This document shows, in pieces, positions 48,451 through 57,669 of a DNA stretch of 64,000 nucleotides. Where the stretch lies: positions 3,205 to 67,204 of the forward strand of contig JANOTB010000133.1 in the NCBI GenBank assembly GCA_031416115.1. The letters are read 5' to 3'. The notes under the pieces are model-generated. The model was not told the origin of the DNA and searched no databases. It worked only from the letters and a program-made list of their open reading frames with translations. How positions within the stretch are numbered: position 1 is the stretch's first letter; each line of letters opens with the position of its first letter. The stretch comes from Gemmatimonadota bacterium (GTDB taxonomy: Bacteria > Gemmatimonadota > Gemmatimonadetes > Gemmatimonadales > Gemmatimonadaceae). A program made the position numbers and the translations under genes.

Positions 48451-48502
48451 ACGCCGCGGGCTCGGCGACGATGTAAGTTGCCGAGGTCTGCGGACGGAAA
48501 CA

Positions 48503-48538
48503 GAAGCGGGGCCCGGGCGACTGCCCTGGCCCCGCTTC
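48503..48538. terminator. hairpin between convergent M28 peptidase and TonB-receptor genes
   Basis: 11-bp stem gaagcggggcc / ggccccgcttc with a 14-nt loop. Confidence 0.5.
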
Positions 48539-48556
48539 CTTCATACTGCCCAGCGA

Positions 48557-51334
48557 CTAGCGGTTGAGCACGATCTCCGAACGCAGGTAGACGAAGCGTC
48601 CGTTGTAACCGAACGGCGACGCCCCGGGATAGATGAACGTCCCGTTGTTCGTGTTGTCCGCGACCTTCACCTGGTCGGGATAGACGTTCATCAGGTTGCG
48701 CGCCCCGATCGAGATGTTGACCGCCTGGAACCGGTACCCGAGCTCGCCGTCGAGCAGCATCTTGGCGCCGAAGGTCTCGAGGCCGTCGAGGCTACCGTCC
48801 ACGAAGCTCCCGAAGTCCGACGCGCGCGCCATCGCGTGGAATCGGCCCACCGAGTAGTTGGTCGTGAAGGTCGACCGGCGATCCGGACGATTCTTCTCGA
48901 TCGCGTTGATCGTGACGATGTCGAGCGCGCTCGTGTAGATCGTCGCCGTCCCCTGCAGGATGTCCGGGAGCGGACTGACGCGCGTGATCTTGTTCTTGGC
49001 GAAGTTGACCGCGAACGAGAAGTCGAAGGTGCCGCTCCCCGCGAACATGCGGTAGTTCGCGACGATGTCGATGCCGTCCGACTTGGTGTCGAGTGCATTG
49101 GTCGGGAACTGCACCGCGGCGATCGACGTGAAGCCGGAGTCGAGCAGGATCTGCGCGACGACCGGATCCGACGTGCCGTCGAAGGTGGCGCCGAGCAGGA
49201 TGCGATCCTTGATCGTGATATGGTAGATGTCGACGTTCAGGTTCAGGTTGTTGGTCGGCGAGTAGGCGAAGCCAGCGCTCAGGTTGACCGACTTCTCCTC
49301 CTGCAACGGCTTCGCGCCGAAGATGCGTGAGGCGCGGTTGGTAACGGGGAAGTTGCCGACTTCGATGAGCACGCCGTTCTGGATCGCGGTCGTGGTGTGA
49401 CTGTACCAGCTCTGCTGCAGGCCCGGCGCGCGGAACCCGGTGCTCACCGCGCCACGCAGCACGAACTTGCGATCCGGCTGGTAGCGCATCGCGGCCTTGC
49501 CGGTGAACGCCTGGCCGAAGTCGCTGTAGCTCTCGAAGCGCCCTGCGGCGTTCACGAGCACCGACTGCGAGAGGTTGGTCTCGAGGTCGACGTAGCCGCC
49601 GAAGTTGGTGCGGCTGTTCTCGCTCGCGTCGCTCGGTGCGAACCCTTGGAAGACGGACGAGCCACCCTGCGCGACGCCGCTGCTATCTCTGGTCAGGTGG
49701 TAGCCCTGGATCCAGGACGCCCGCTCGCCAGCGACCACCTCGTAGTTCTCGCGGCGGAACGCGACGCCGACCGCCACGTTCACCGGGTTGGCGAGCCCCA
49801 TCTGCATCGCCTTTGACAGGTTGGCGCTGAGGTTGAACTCGCCGCGACGCAACGCGCCGGCGAAGAAGGCCGTCTGGTTGGGAATGCCCGGATCATCCGC
49901 CGTGCCGAGCACACGGTCCGGACCCGGCGCCGTCGGCGTGGAGAGGCTCGGGCCGAGGGACGAGTTGAGCGTATTGCGCAGGTTGAAGTCGAAGCCGTTG
50001 TAGCCGTAGGTGGCTCCGATGTCCGCTGCCCAGCCGCCGATATCGGTGCGAAGGCCGCCGGTCGCCGAATAGTCGATCACGTTCGGTCGGAACTCCGGGA
50101 GGAACCCGAGCGGATAGATCTGCGCCCAGTTGCGCCCGTTCTGCGGCTTGCGGAAGAACCCGTTGCCGGTACCGTCGCGGTCGGAGTAGCCGCCGAAGGC
50201 ATAGAGCTCTGTGGTTCCGTCAGCGCTCAGCGGCAGGCGCAGATTCGCGAAGGTGTGGATGTCACGCTCGATCCCGTCGCCCCAGTGCACGTTGGGCTGT
50301 TGCACGCCGTTCCGCTTGACGATCACCTGACAGTTGGCGACCGAGTCGCGGACGCCGTTGAGGTCGGGGAAGCTGCCGTCTGGGCAGGCGCGATTCGTGG
50401 CCTCGCGCTTCATGTACTGCCCGAACAGGCTGAGCGAGCCGCGGCCGAGCTTGAATCCGACGCCGCCGCCGATGTCGTTGGTGGTGCCGTCGTTCTGGAA
50501 TCCCTTGCCCGGACGGTACTGACCGGTGCTCGTGTTGATGAACGGTGCGAACTGCCCTTCCTTGAGCACGAGATTCACCACGCCGGCGATCGCGTCGGAG
50601 CCGTACTGCGTCGAGGCGCCGTCACGCAGCACTTCGATGCGGTCGATCGCGCTCGACGGGAAGGCGTTGAGGTCAACGCCGCTGGAACCCGGCGCCGATC
50701 CATTCGAGAAGACGTTGAGCAGCGCGGTGGTATGCCGGCGCTGGCCGTTGATCATCACCAGCGAGTGGTCCGGCGAGAGGCCGCGCAATGTGAACGGCCG
50801 CACGATCTCGGTCGCATCGGTGACGGCCTGCTTGGGGAAGTTCACCGACGGCGAGAGACTGGCGAGGATCTGCGTGGTCTCGGTCGAGCCCGTGCGTTTC
50901 AGCTCTTCCACCGTATAGACATCCACTGGGACCGCGAGTTCTTCGGCGGCGGCGTGCTTCGCGCGCGACCCGACGAGCGTCTGCACGGGTACGAGCTGGT
51001 ACGCCGAACGCCGGAGTCGCACGTCGGCGGTCACGACCTGGCCAGCCACGGCGGTGACGATCAGCGACTCCGGGGCGTAGCCGAGTGACCGGATTTGCAT
51101 GATCCGGCGCCCCGCCTGGACGCCGGCCAGGGAGTAGCGACCGCGCGAGTCGGAGGTGGTGCGAAGACCACCCTGATCGAGCGTGATCAGCGCACTCACC
51201 ACGACCGCTCCTGTGCTGTCTGTGACCCTGCCCTGTAACGCACCAGTCTGCGCGGCGAGCGGCCGAGCGAACGCAGCGACCAGCAACAGCGTGACGAAGA
51301 CTCCTACTCCACTACGAGTGACGGACCTTTGCAT
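48557..51334 (-). CDS. TonB-dependent outer-membrane receptor with N-terminal carboxypeptidase-regulatory-like domain
   Basis: ATG 51334 gives the signal MQRSVTRSGVGVFVTLLLVAAFARPLAAQ, then GALQGRVTDSTGAVV. The plug motif is DRIEVLRDGASTQYGSDAIAGVVNLV. A long beta-barrel region follows. Confidence 0.9.
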   Translation of the reverse strand: MQRSVTRSGVGVFVTLLLVAAFARPLAAQTGALQGRVTDSTGAVVVSALITLDQGGLRTTSDSRGRYSLAGVQAGRRIMQIRSLGYAPESLIVTAVAGQVVTADVRLRRSAYQLVPVQTLVGSRAKHAAAEELAVPVDVYTVEELKRTGSTETTQILASLSPSVNFPKQAVTDATEIVRPFTLRGLSPDHSLVMINGQRRHTTALLNVFSNGSAPGSSGVDLNAFPSSAIDRIEVLRDGASTQYGSDAIAGVVNLVLKEGQFAPFINTSTGQYRPGKGFQNDGTTNDIGGGVGFKLGRGSLSLFGQYMKREATNRACPDGSFPDLNGVRDSVANCQVIVKRNGVQQPNVHWGDGIERDIHTFANLRLPLSADGTTELYAFGGYSDRDGTGNGFFRKPQNGRNWAQIYPLGFLPEFRPNVIDYSATGGLRTDIGGWAADIGATYGYNGFDFNLRNTLNSSLGPSLSTPTAPGPDRVLGTADDPGIPNQTAFFAGALRRGEFNLSANLSKAMQMGLANPVNVAVGVAFRRENYEVVAGERASWIQGYHLTRDSSGVAQGGSSVFQGFAPSDASENSRTNFGGYVDLETNLSQSVLVNAAGRFESYSDFGQAFTGKAAMRYQPDRKFVLRGAVSTGFRAPGLQQSWYSHTTTAIQNGVLIEVGNFPVTNRASRIFGAKPLQEEKSVNLSAGFAYSPTNNLNLNVDIYHITIKDRILLGATFDGTSDPVVAQILLDSGFTSIAAVQFPTNALDTKSDGIDIVANYRMFAGSGTFDFSFAVNFAKNKITRVSPLPDILQGTATIYTSALDIVTINAIEKNRPDRRSTFTTNYSVGRFHAMARASDFGSFVDGSLDGLETFGAKMLLDGELGYRFQAVNISIGARNLMNVYPDQVKVADNTNNGTFIYPGASPFGYNGRFVYLRSEIVLNR

Positions 51335-51622
51335 CTCTACCCCCGGTTGTCGAAGAGCACGGAACCGCAACGGACGTCCACCGCGCATCTGCCCCGCGCG
51401 GTGGTGAGAACCATGACCCAGCTGTGACGAGCCAGAACATGGCAGGCCTCGGGCGGTAGCGAAAGCCCTCCGCTGCATCGGGTCATGCCAGTCGCAGCTG
51501 GCCCCGGGTGTCCCGCGGGAGCCCCGCTGTTGGGGACCTTGAGGCTAAAGCTCGACGGCTGTATGCCGACAATGAGCGGAACAGGTTCCGTTCTTCGCCC
51601 ACATGCATCAGCGAAGCTCTCC

Positions 51623-51790
51623 ATGCGGTCGCGTCAGTTGGTCACCATGATGGTCCTCGTCCTGAGCCCGCTCGCCCTGCAGAGCCAGGAGCGGGTAGCC
51701 AGCAACGATGCCGCGGTGCGGAATGCCGTGGTGGCTGATTCCGGCGAGAAGGCGCCCAATGAAGGGCGCCCAATGAAGGCCTTGCCGTGA
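51623..51790 (+). CDS. possible 55-aa signal-peptide-like ORF upstream of, and in frame with, the multicopper oxidase
   Basis: MRSRQLVTMMVLVLSPLALQSQE... with high GC3. It ends at TGA 51788-51790, 48 nt before the MCO ATG, in the same frame. Confidence 0.25.
   Translation: MRSRQLVTMMVLVLSPLALQSQERVASNDAAVRNAVVADSGEKAPNEGRPMKALP
51751..51778 (+). repeat. 14-nt perfect tandem duplication ggcgcccaatgaag x2
   Basis: Read directly from the sequence. Confidence 0.9.
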
Positions 51791-51838
51791 GGAGCGACAA
51801 AGGGCCAAGTTCGGGCGGTCATTCTCCGAGGCGCCACG

Positions 51839-53758
51839 ATGCTCAGCCCGTTCACCGCCCTATTGGGCGTCGTTCTCAACTTGCAAGTCATCGCACCGCT
51901 CCCGCGCGTGCCGCTGCCCAAGCCCGCACCGAGCGTGGTACAGGCGGTCGTGCACCAGAACCGGATCGCGTCGGGTCAGCTCAGCGGCCGCACGTTGCGC
52001 CTCGCGATCGACGTGACCGAGAGCGCATGGAAGCCTGAAGGCAATGACGACCCCGAGGTGCCGATCCTCGCGTTCGCCGAGGCGGGGAAGGTGCCGTCGG
52101 TCCCAGGGCCGCTCGTGCGAGTCACGCAGGGCACGGAGATATTGCTCACGCTCCGCAACCGCGCCGACACCGCGCTGGTGATCGGCGGACTGCGGCCGGG
52201 GACCATGACCGCGAACGACACCGTGCAGCTGGCCGCCGGCGCGACGCGCGAGTTGCGCTACCGGCTCGATACGCCGGGTACGTACTACTACTGGGGCGCG
52301 TTCGCGGGACTCACTGCGGCCGAGCGCCAATGGAAGGACAGTCAGTTGAACGGAGCGATCGTGGTCGACCCGCCGGGCGGATCGAAGCGCGACCACATCC
52401 TCGTACTCAGCGAGTGGTTCCACCCGTATGCCAATGGCCGCCCGTTCGAAGTGGTCTCAGTCATCAACGGGAAGGGCTGGCCGCACAGCGAGACGATCGC
52501 ACTCCAACAGGGCGACTCGGCGCGCTTCCGCGTGATCAACACCATCCCGCTCTATCATCCGTTGCATCTGCACGGATTCTTCTACCAGATCGAGTCGCAC
52601 GGGACCGTCGACCGCGACGTGCCGGTACCGCTGGCGCAACGACACCTCTCCAATACCGACCTGATCGCGCCGGGCGAGACCGTGACGTTCAGCTTCCTCG
52701 CCTCGACACCCGGCAACTGGCTCTTCCACTGTCACTTCGCATTTCACGCCGACCAGACGGTGTCGCTCTCCGGGTCACCGCGTGACTCGGCGGAGGCGGC
52801 GGCGATGCGCAGCATGGAGCATGGCGCGCGTGACGCGGCGGGGCACTCGATGCGCGGGCTTGTGGTGGGGATCAGGGTGGCTCCCGCACCAGACTATGTC
52901 GCCACGTCAACGGCGAACGCGCGCGAGATGCAACTCTTCGTGGGCAAGGATCTCAACCGACTCATTACGGGAGCGCCAGCCTACGGCTTCTCGCTGCAGC
53001 AGGGTGCGGGCGTTCCCGCGCGCGATTCGGTGGTGCTCCCCGGTCCGGTGCTCGAGCTGCGACGCGGTCAGGCGGTACGCATCGTGGTGCGGAACCAACT
53101 CGATGAACCGACCTCGATCCACTGGCACGGACTCGAGATCGAGAGCTTTCCCGACGGCGTGCCGCACTTCAGCGGCCTCGGCAGTCGCCTCTACACGCAG
53201 ATCGCGCCCAACGATTCGTTCGTCGCCGAGTTCACTCCGCCGCGCGCCGGAACGTATCCGTATCACTCGCACCTCGACGACCGACACCAGATCCAGTCGG
53301 GCATGTACGGCGCGATCATCGTGACCGACACGCCGCGCGACACCACGCGTGATCACCTGATCATCGCCGGTGGCGGTGGTCCCGAACTCGAAGCGAAGCT
53401 GGAGAGTCCGTTCGCGCTGGTGAACGGCCGCCGGAGCCCTGCTCCGCTGCGGCTCGTCGCGGGGGAGACGCACCGATTGCGGATCGTGAGCATCCACCCC
53501 GACTGGCGCATCAGCTTCACGCTTCAGAACGACTCGACGGTCGCACGGTGGCGTGCGATCGCCAAGGACGGTGCGGACCTGCCCCTGGCCCTCCGGACCG
53601 TGCGACCCGCGCACCTCGAGATGGGACCGGGACAGACGTCGGACTTCGAGTTCACACCCACCGCGCCCGGCACTTGGCGCTTCGAGATCCGGAGCATGGA
53701 GGCGGGGTGGTATATCCCGCTCGAGGTCATCGTCGCGCCGGCGAAGCCGAGCCGGTAG
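51839..53758 (+). CDS. multicopper oxidase with non-canonical copper-motif order
   Basis: HPLHLHG (from 52556), HCHFAFH (to 52747), IHWHG (from 53120) and YHSH (to 53272). Confidence 0.8.
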   Translation: MLSPFTALLGVVLNLQVIAPLPRVPLPKPAPSVVQAVVHQNRIASGQLSGRTLRLAIDVTESAWKPEGNDDPEVPILAFAEAGKVPSVPGPLVRVTQGTEILLTLRNRADTALVIGGLRPGTMTANDTVQLAAGATRELRYRLDTPGTYYYWGAFAGLTAAERQWKDSQLNGAIVVDPPGGSKRDHILVLSEWFHPYANGRPFEVVSVINGKGWPHSETIALQQGDSARFRVINTIPLYHPLHLHGFFYQIESHGTVDRDVPVPLAQRHLSNTDLIAPGETVTFSFLASTPGNWLFHCHFAFHADQTVSLSGSPRDSAEAAAMRSMEHGARDAAGHSMRGLVVGIRVAPAPDYVATSTANAREMQLFVGKDLNRLITGAPAYGFSLQQGAGVPARDSVVLPGPVLELRRGQAVRIVVRNQLDEPTSIHWHGLEIESFPDGVPHFSGLGSRLYTQIAPNDSFVAEFTPPRAGTYPYHSHLDDRHQIQSGMYGAIIVTDTPRDTTRDHLIIAGGGGPELEAKLESPFALVNGRRSPAPLRLVAGETHRLRIVSIHPDWRISFTLQNDSTVARWRAIAKDGADLPLALRTVRPAHLEMGPGQTSDFEFTPTAPGTWRFEIRSMEAGWYIPLEVIVAPAKPSR

Positions 53759-53795
53759 CTTCGTCGACGCGCGTCCGGTCCTCTCACAGAATCCT

Positions 53796-55565
53796 ATGAT
53801 CCTCAGTCAAGGCACTCGATCGGTCGCCGCGGCCGGACTTTCCGTAGTGGCCGTCCTCGCATGCACGCCCGCGCCGCAAGCCGATCTCCTGATCACCAAT
53901 GCGAGCGTGTACACGCTCAACTGGACGGAGCCCGCACCGAACGGCTCGCCCGCCACCGACGCGCCGCACGACTCGCTGGGCTGGCACGCCGACGCCACGA
54001 CCATCGCCGTCCGCGGCAACGAGATCGTCTTCGTAGGGAGCGCGTCCAACGGCGAGCGATACCGCGGGACGTCGACGCGTGTCATCGACCTCGCGGGCGC
54101 CGTAGTCGTCCCTGGCTTCGTCGACGCGCACACGCACACCGCCGAGCTCGGGCAGTCGCTCGAACGTCTGGACCTCACCGGCATCGCCACACCCGAGGCC
54201 GCGATCGAGAAGGTGGCCGACCGTGCGGCGCGCACGCCAAAGGGAGAGTGGATCATCGGCTTCGGGTGGGACGAGGGTGCGTGGGCGGACCACTATCCGG
54301 ACCAGCGCGCGCTCTCGGCGCGCATCCCTGATCATCCGGTCTTCCTGCGTGGGCTGCACGGATTCGCCGGCTGGGCGAATGCACGCGCGCTCGAGCAGGC
54401 TGGCATCACTCGAAGCACCGTGGCACCGACCGGCGGCGAGATCCGCAAGGACGCACGGGGCGAGCCCACGGGACTCGTGCTCAATCGCGGCATCGAACTG
54501 CTCGACAAGGCCGTCCCCGCGCCGACTCCAGCGCAGCGAGACTCGCAGGTCGTGCGCGCGCTCCGCGTCATGGCGGCATCGGGCTTCACTGGCGTGCATG
54601 AAGCGGGCACGGCGGCCGACGTCGTCGCGTCACTCGAACGGCTCGCCGACGCGGGCCTGCTCCCGGTGCGCGTGTACGCGATGCTCGACGGCCGCAACGC
54701 CGAGCTGCTCCGCGAGTGGCGCGCACGCGGACCCTTCACGCACGCCAACGGATCTCTCGTGATCCGCGCCGTGAAGGCGTACTACGACGGTGCACTCGGC
54801 TCGCGTGGCGCGCAGTTGCTCGCAGACTACGCCGACCGGCCCGGCCACCGCGGAGTGAGCGGCGCCAGCTATGGATTCGATCGTGCGTCGGTGGCGCTGA
54901 CCATGGCGGCGGGGTTCCAGGTGGGGATCCACGCGATCGGCGATGCGGGCAATCGCGCATCGCTCGACTTCATCGACTCGGTCGTCGCTGCGGTCCCACC
55001 GTCGCGCCCGCCGCGGCATCGCGTCGAGCATGCGCAGGTGATCGCGCCCGAGGACATGCCACGTTTCGCGAGCGGAGGCATCATCGCGAGCATGCAGCCG
55101 CCACACGCCGTGGAGGACAAGGGTTGGGTGGAGGCGCGGCTCGGCGCGGCGCGCACCGAGGGCGCGTACGCCTGGCGCACGCTACGGCGTGGCGGAGCGC
55201 ACCTCGCGTTCTCGTCCGATCTTCCGGGCTCCAGTTGGGAGCTCTTCTATGGATTGCACTCGGCGATCACGCGGCAAGACACGACTGGCGCACCGCCCGA
55301 GGGATTCCTGCCTTCGCAGCGCATGACGGCCGAGGAGGCGGTGCGCGGCTACACGGTCTGGAATGCGTTCGCCGGATTCGACGAGGTGCGCGGCGGTACG
55401 ATCGCGGTCGGAAAGCGGGCGGACTTCACCGTGATCGATGTGGATCCATTTCGCGTGGGGTCGGCGCGTGAGCTGCTCCGCGGGCAGGTACTGCTGACTG
55501 TGTTCAACGGGCGGGTCACGCACGACTATCGCCAACGACATGCCCCCGCCACGACGCCGCCATAG
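53796..55565 (+). CDS. amidohydrolase-3 (YtcJ-like) metal-dependent hydrolase, lipoprotein
   Basis: ATG 53796 gives a VVAVLAC lipobox. Motifs VPGFVDAHTHT, HAIGD, RVEHAQ and a SSD(L)P-type tail. Confidence 0.8.
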   Translation: MILSQGTRSVAAAGLSVVAVLACTPAPQADLLITNASVYTLNWTEPAPNGSPATDAPHDSLGWHADATTIAVRGNEIVFVGSASNGERYRGTSTRVIDLAGAVVVPGFVDAHTHTAELGQSLERLDLTGIATPEAAIEKVADRAARTPKGEWIIGFGWDEGAWADHYPDQRALSARIPDHPVFLRGLHGFAGWANARALEQAGITRSTVAPTGGEIRKDARGEPTGLVLNRGIELLDKAVPAPTPAQRDSQVVRALRVMAASGFTGVHEAGTAADVVASLERLADAGLLPVRVYAMLDGRNAELLREWRARGPFTHANGSLVIRAVKAYYDGALGSRGAQLLADYADRPGHRGVSGASYGFDRASVALTMAAGFQVGIHAIGDAGNRASLDFIDSVVAAVPPSRPPRHRVEHAQVIAPEDMPRFASGGIIASMQPPHAVEDKGWVEARLGAARTEGAYAWRTLRRGGAHLAFSSDLPGSSWELFYGLHSAITRQDTTGAPPEGFLPSQRMTAEEAVRGYTVWNAFAGFDEVRGGTIAVGKRADFTVIDVDPFRVGSARELLRGQVLLTVFNGRVTHDYRQRHAPATTPP

Positions 55566-55715
55566 ACGCCGCGGATTTGGAAGAAAGGCCGAGGGAAGCT
55601 CGGATCCCTCGAGCAACAGATGCCGGTGGGCATCGCGCGCATCAAGAACAAGACAGGCTGGAATCGTTTCTCTTCGCACCAGTACCGGCGACCAGTGACA
55701 CGACCAGTCTACGAC

Positions 55716-55744
55716 AGTGGCGCGGTGGCGGGCACCGCGCCACT
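55716..55744. repeat. perfect 12-bp GC-rich inverted repeat agtggcgcggtg/caccgcgccact with 5-nt loop
   Basis: Read directly from the sequence. It lies in the 0.5-kb gap between the convergent amidohydrolase and mqnD genes and may act as a transcription barrier. Confidence 0.6.
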
Positions 55745-55789
55745 CTCGAAGCGACACCGCTCGCGCTTGGCGACGGCCGTACGATCCCG

Positions 55790-55960
55790 CTCAACTTCTC
55801 GGCCGGCGTCGCCGGCGCACCCTCCGACGGCAGTCTGGCGCATTCGGCCGCCGGCAGCGGGATCGGCACTCCCGATGCGATCCTGGTGCTTGCCGACGAG
55901 CGGCTGCTGGCGGCGAAGCGCGCGGGTCGTGCGCGCACCTTCGGACCGGGCACCGCGCTC
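55790..55960 (+). pseudogene. possible remnant of the C-terminal end of a GGDEF (diguanylate cyclase) domain
   Basis: The frame of ORF 55577-56011 reads IPLNFSAGVAGAPSDGS...TPDAILVLADERLLAAKRAGRAR. This resembles the final strand-helix of GGDEF domains (xSxGVA...ADxALYxAKxxGRN). No intact GG[DE]EF motif or N-terminal part is present. Confidence 0.3.
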
Positions 55961-56066
55961 AGTGGGCCGCCGCCCGCGCGGCGGTCGACCGGAGTGCAGC
56001 GGGCGCGCTAGACCGCGGCTAGTCCGCGCGGTGGCGCGACGGCGACCACCGGGACAGACGCACCGA

Positions 56067-56864
56067 CTACGTCGTCGAGGGCGCGGTTCCGCCGACCAGC
56101 CGCGCGATCGCGCGCAACCCTTCGCCACCCACGTCCAGGCTGAACGCGTTCACGTAGAGCGCGATATGCGCATCGCATACGGCATCCGACATCTCCTGCG
56201 CGTGCGCCCTCACGTACGCGCGACTCGCCTCCGGGTGGTCGAACGCGTACTGCACCGACGCGCGGATCGCACGCTGGGCCGCGTCGGCGGTGGTCTCGTC
56301 GAGATCACTTCGCGCGCAGATCCCCGCGAGCGGCACCGGGAGCCCGGTCTCCTGCTCCCACCAGTCGCCGAGATCGATCGCTTGCTTGAGCCCGTGATCG
56401 GCGTACGTGAAACGGCTCTCGTGGATGATCAACCCGGCGTCCACGTCGCCGCCGCTCACCGCGTGCACAATGCGGTCGTAGCGCATCTCCACCACCTCGC
56501 CGAGCGCCGGTGCCGCGAGACGAAGCAAGCGGAACGCCGTGGTCTCACGACCGGGGATCGCGATCCGCCCTCGCACGGCGTCAGCGAGCGACATCGGTGT
56601 GCGCGTGACAACGATCGGACCCACGCCCTTCCCCAGCGCCGCACCGCTGCGCAACAGGCGATAGCGGTCCCCGACGCCCGCGAAGGCACCAACGCTCAGC
56701 TTGGTGAGGTCGAACTCGCCCGTGTGCGCCCGGCGGTTGAGCTCCTCGATGTCGAGCAGGACGGGTCGGACACGGAACGGTGCGGCGACCAGCGCATGCG
56801 CCAGCGCATGGAAGGCGAAAGTGTCATTGGGACAAGGTGAGTAACCGAACGTCAGCTCGCGCAA
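56067..56864 (-). CDS. mqnD: 1,4-dihydroxy-6-naphthoate synthase (futalosine pathway)
   Basis: LTFGYSPCPNDTFAFHAL N-terminal signature. TTG start. 13-nt overlap with mqnB. Confidence 0.85.
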   Translation of the reverse strand: MRELTFGYSPCPNDTFAFHALAHALVAAPFRVRPVLLDIEELNRRAHTGEFDLTKLSVGAFAGVGDRYRLLRSGAALGKGVGPIVVTRTPMSLADAVRGRIAIPGRETTAFRLLRLAAPALGEVVEMRYDRIVHAVSGGDVDAGLIIHESRFTYADHGLKQAIDLGDWWEQETGLPVPLAGICARSDLDETTADAAQRAIRASVQYAFDHPEASRAYVRAHAQEMSDAVCDAHIALYVNAFSLDVGGEGLRAIARLVGGTAPSTT

Positions 56865-57424
56865 CGCACGAACTCCCTGACAACGACCGGTGTCGCCGCT
56901 GTGATCGCCGCGAAGGCGGCATCGAAGTGCCAGCGCGCGCGGTCGCGCTCCTCGATCTCGTTCGAGATCGCGCGGATCTCGATCGCCGGAACTCCGGCGA
57001 GTTCGGCGGCGCGCAGCACGGCGAACCCCTCCATGGCTTCCACCTCGCTGTCCGCGGCGCCGCCGACACGCGCGCTGGTCCCGATCACCAGTTGCTGCGC
57101 ATCAGGTAGCGCGCGTATGGCGGCGGCGAGCAGCGCCGGTGAGGCCGCGACGGTGCTCGGCGCGAACAGGGCCGGAACGCCGAGGTCGGAGTATCGCGCC
57201 GCCGTGCCGATCACGAGCGTCGCCGGCTTGAGGGCCAGCTGCCGCCGCGCGCCGGCGATCCCGACGTGAAGGATGATCGTAGGCCGGTGACGAGCGATCG
57301 CCATGGCGGTCGCGGCCCCAGCCTCGACGGGCCCGACACCGCACTGCAGCGCGAGCCAGCCCTCAGGCGTCGCGAGCTCGCGCTCGGTGGCGGCGACGAC
57401 CAAGATGCGGGGGGGAGTGTTCAT
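56852..57424 (-). CDS. mqnB: futalosine hydrolase (nucleosidase fold)
   Basis: ATG 57424 gives MNTPPRILVVAATERE. Motifs GVGPVEAG, HVGIAGA and EAMEGFAV. Positioned directly upstream of mqnD. Confidence 0.75.
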   Translation of the reverse strand: MNTPPRILVVAATERELATPEGWLALQCGVGPVEAGAATAMAIARHRPTIILHVGIAGARRQLALKPATLVIGTAARYSDLGVPALFAPSTVAASPALLAAAIRALPDAQQLVIGTSARVGGAADSEVEAMEGFAVLRAAELAGVPAIEIRAISNEIEERDRARWHFDAAFAAITAATPVVVREFVRCAS

Positions 57425-57669
57425 GAGAAGGAGGAGTCTAAGGCCGAGCGGTTGCTTGAGGGAGCATCCGACTCTTGTCCGGTCCCTTTCGCGGGGCTCC
57501 GACAGGTGTGTCAACACGGCGCGTCGGCACGCCCACGGGATTCGCCGAACCTCCGCGTCAGGCTAGATTCCCTCGGAGACGAATGCGGCGCGAGTAGATT
57601 GCGCACCCCAGCGCTCCAACGCCCCCCGGCGCTCGATGGTACGCCGGACCTGAACCTCCCGCCCACCGC

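Noticed and set aside
51335-51622. Possible riboswitch (for example cobalamin) or attenuator in the TonB-receptor leader, including a 9-bp hairpin ccaccgcgc/gcgcggtgg at 51378-51404
   Set aside because: I could not find a B12-box-like core or any other riboswitch consensus on the minus strand. A single GC hairpin in GC-rich DNA is not enough evidence. A covariance-model scan (Rfam) would settle this.
55620-56840. 406-aa plus-strand ORF
   Set aside because: It overlaps mqnD in antisense. mqnD has the SPCPNDTF signature and this ORF has none.
57425-57560. tRNA-like D-arm string (aaggccgagcggttgcttgag) in the mqnB/glgA2 divergent intergenic region
   Set aside because: Attempted cloverleaf folding fails: there is no U33, no TPsiC-loop consensus, and the acceptor ends are not complementary. 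It is not a tRNA.
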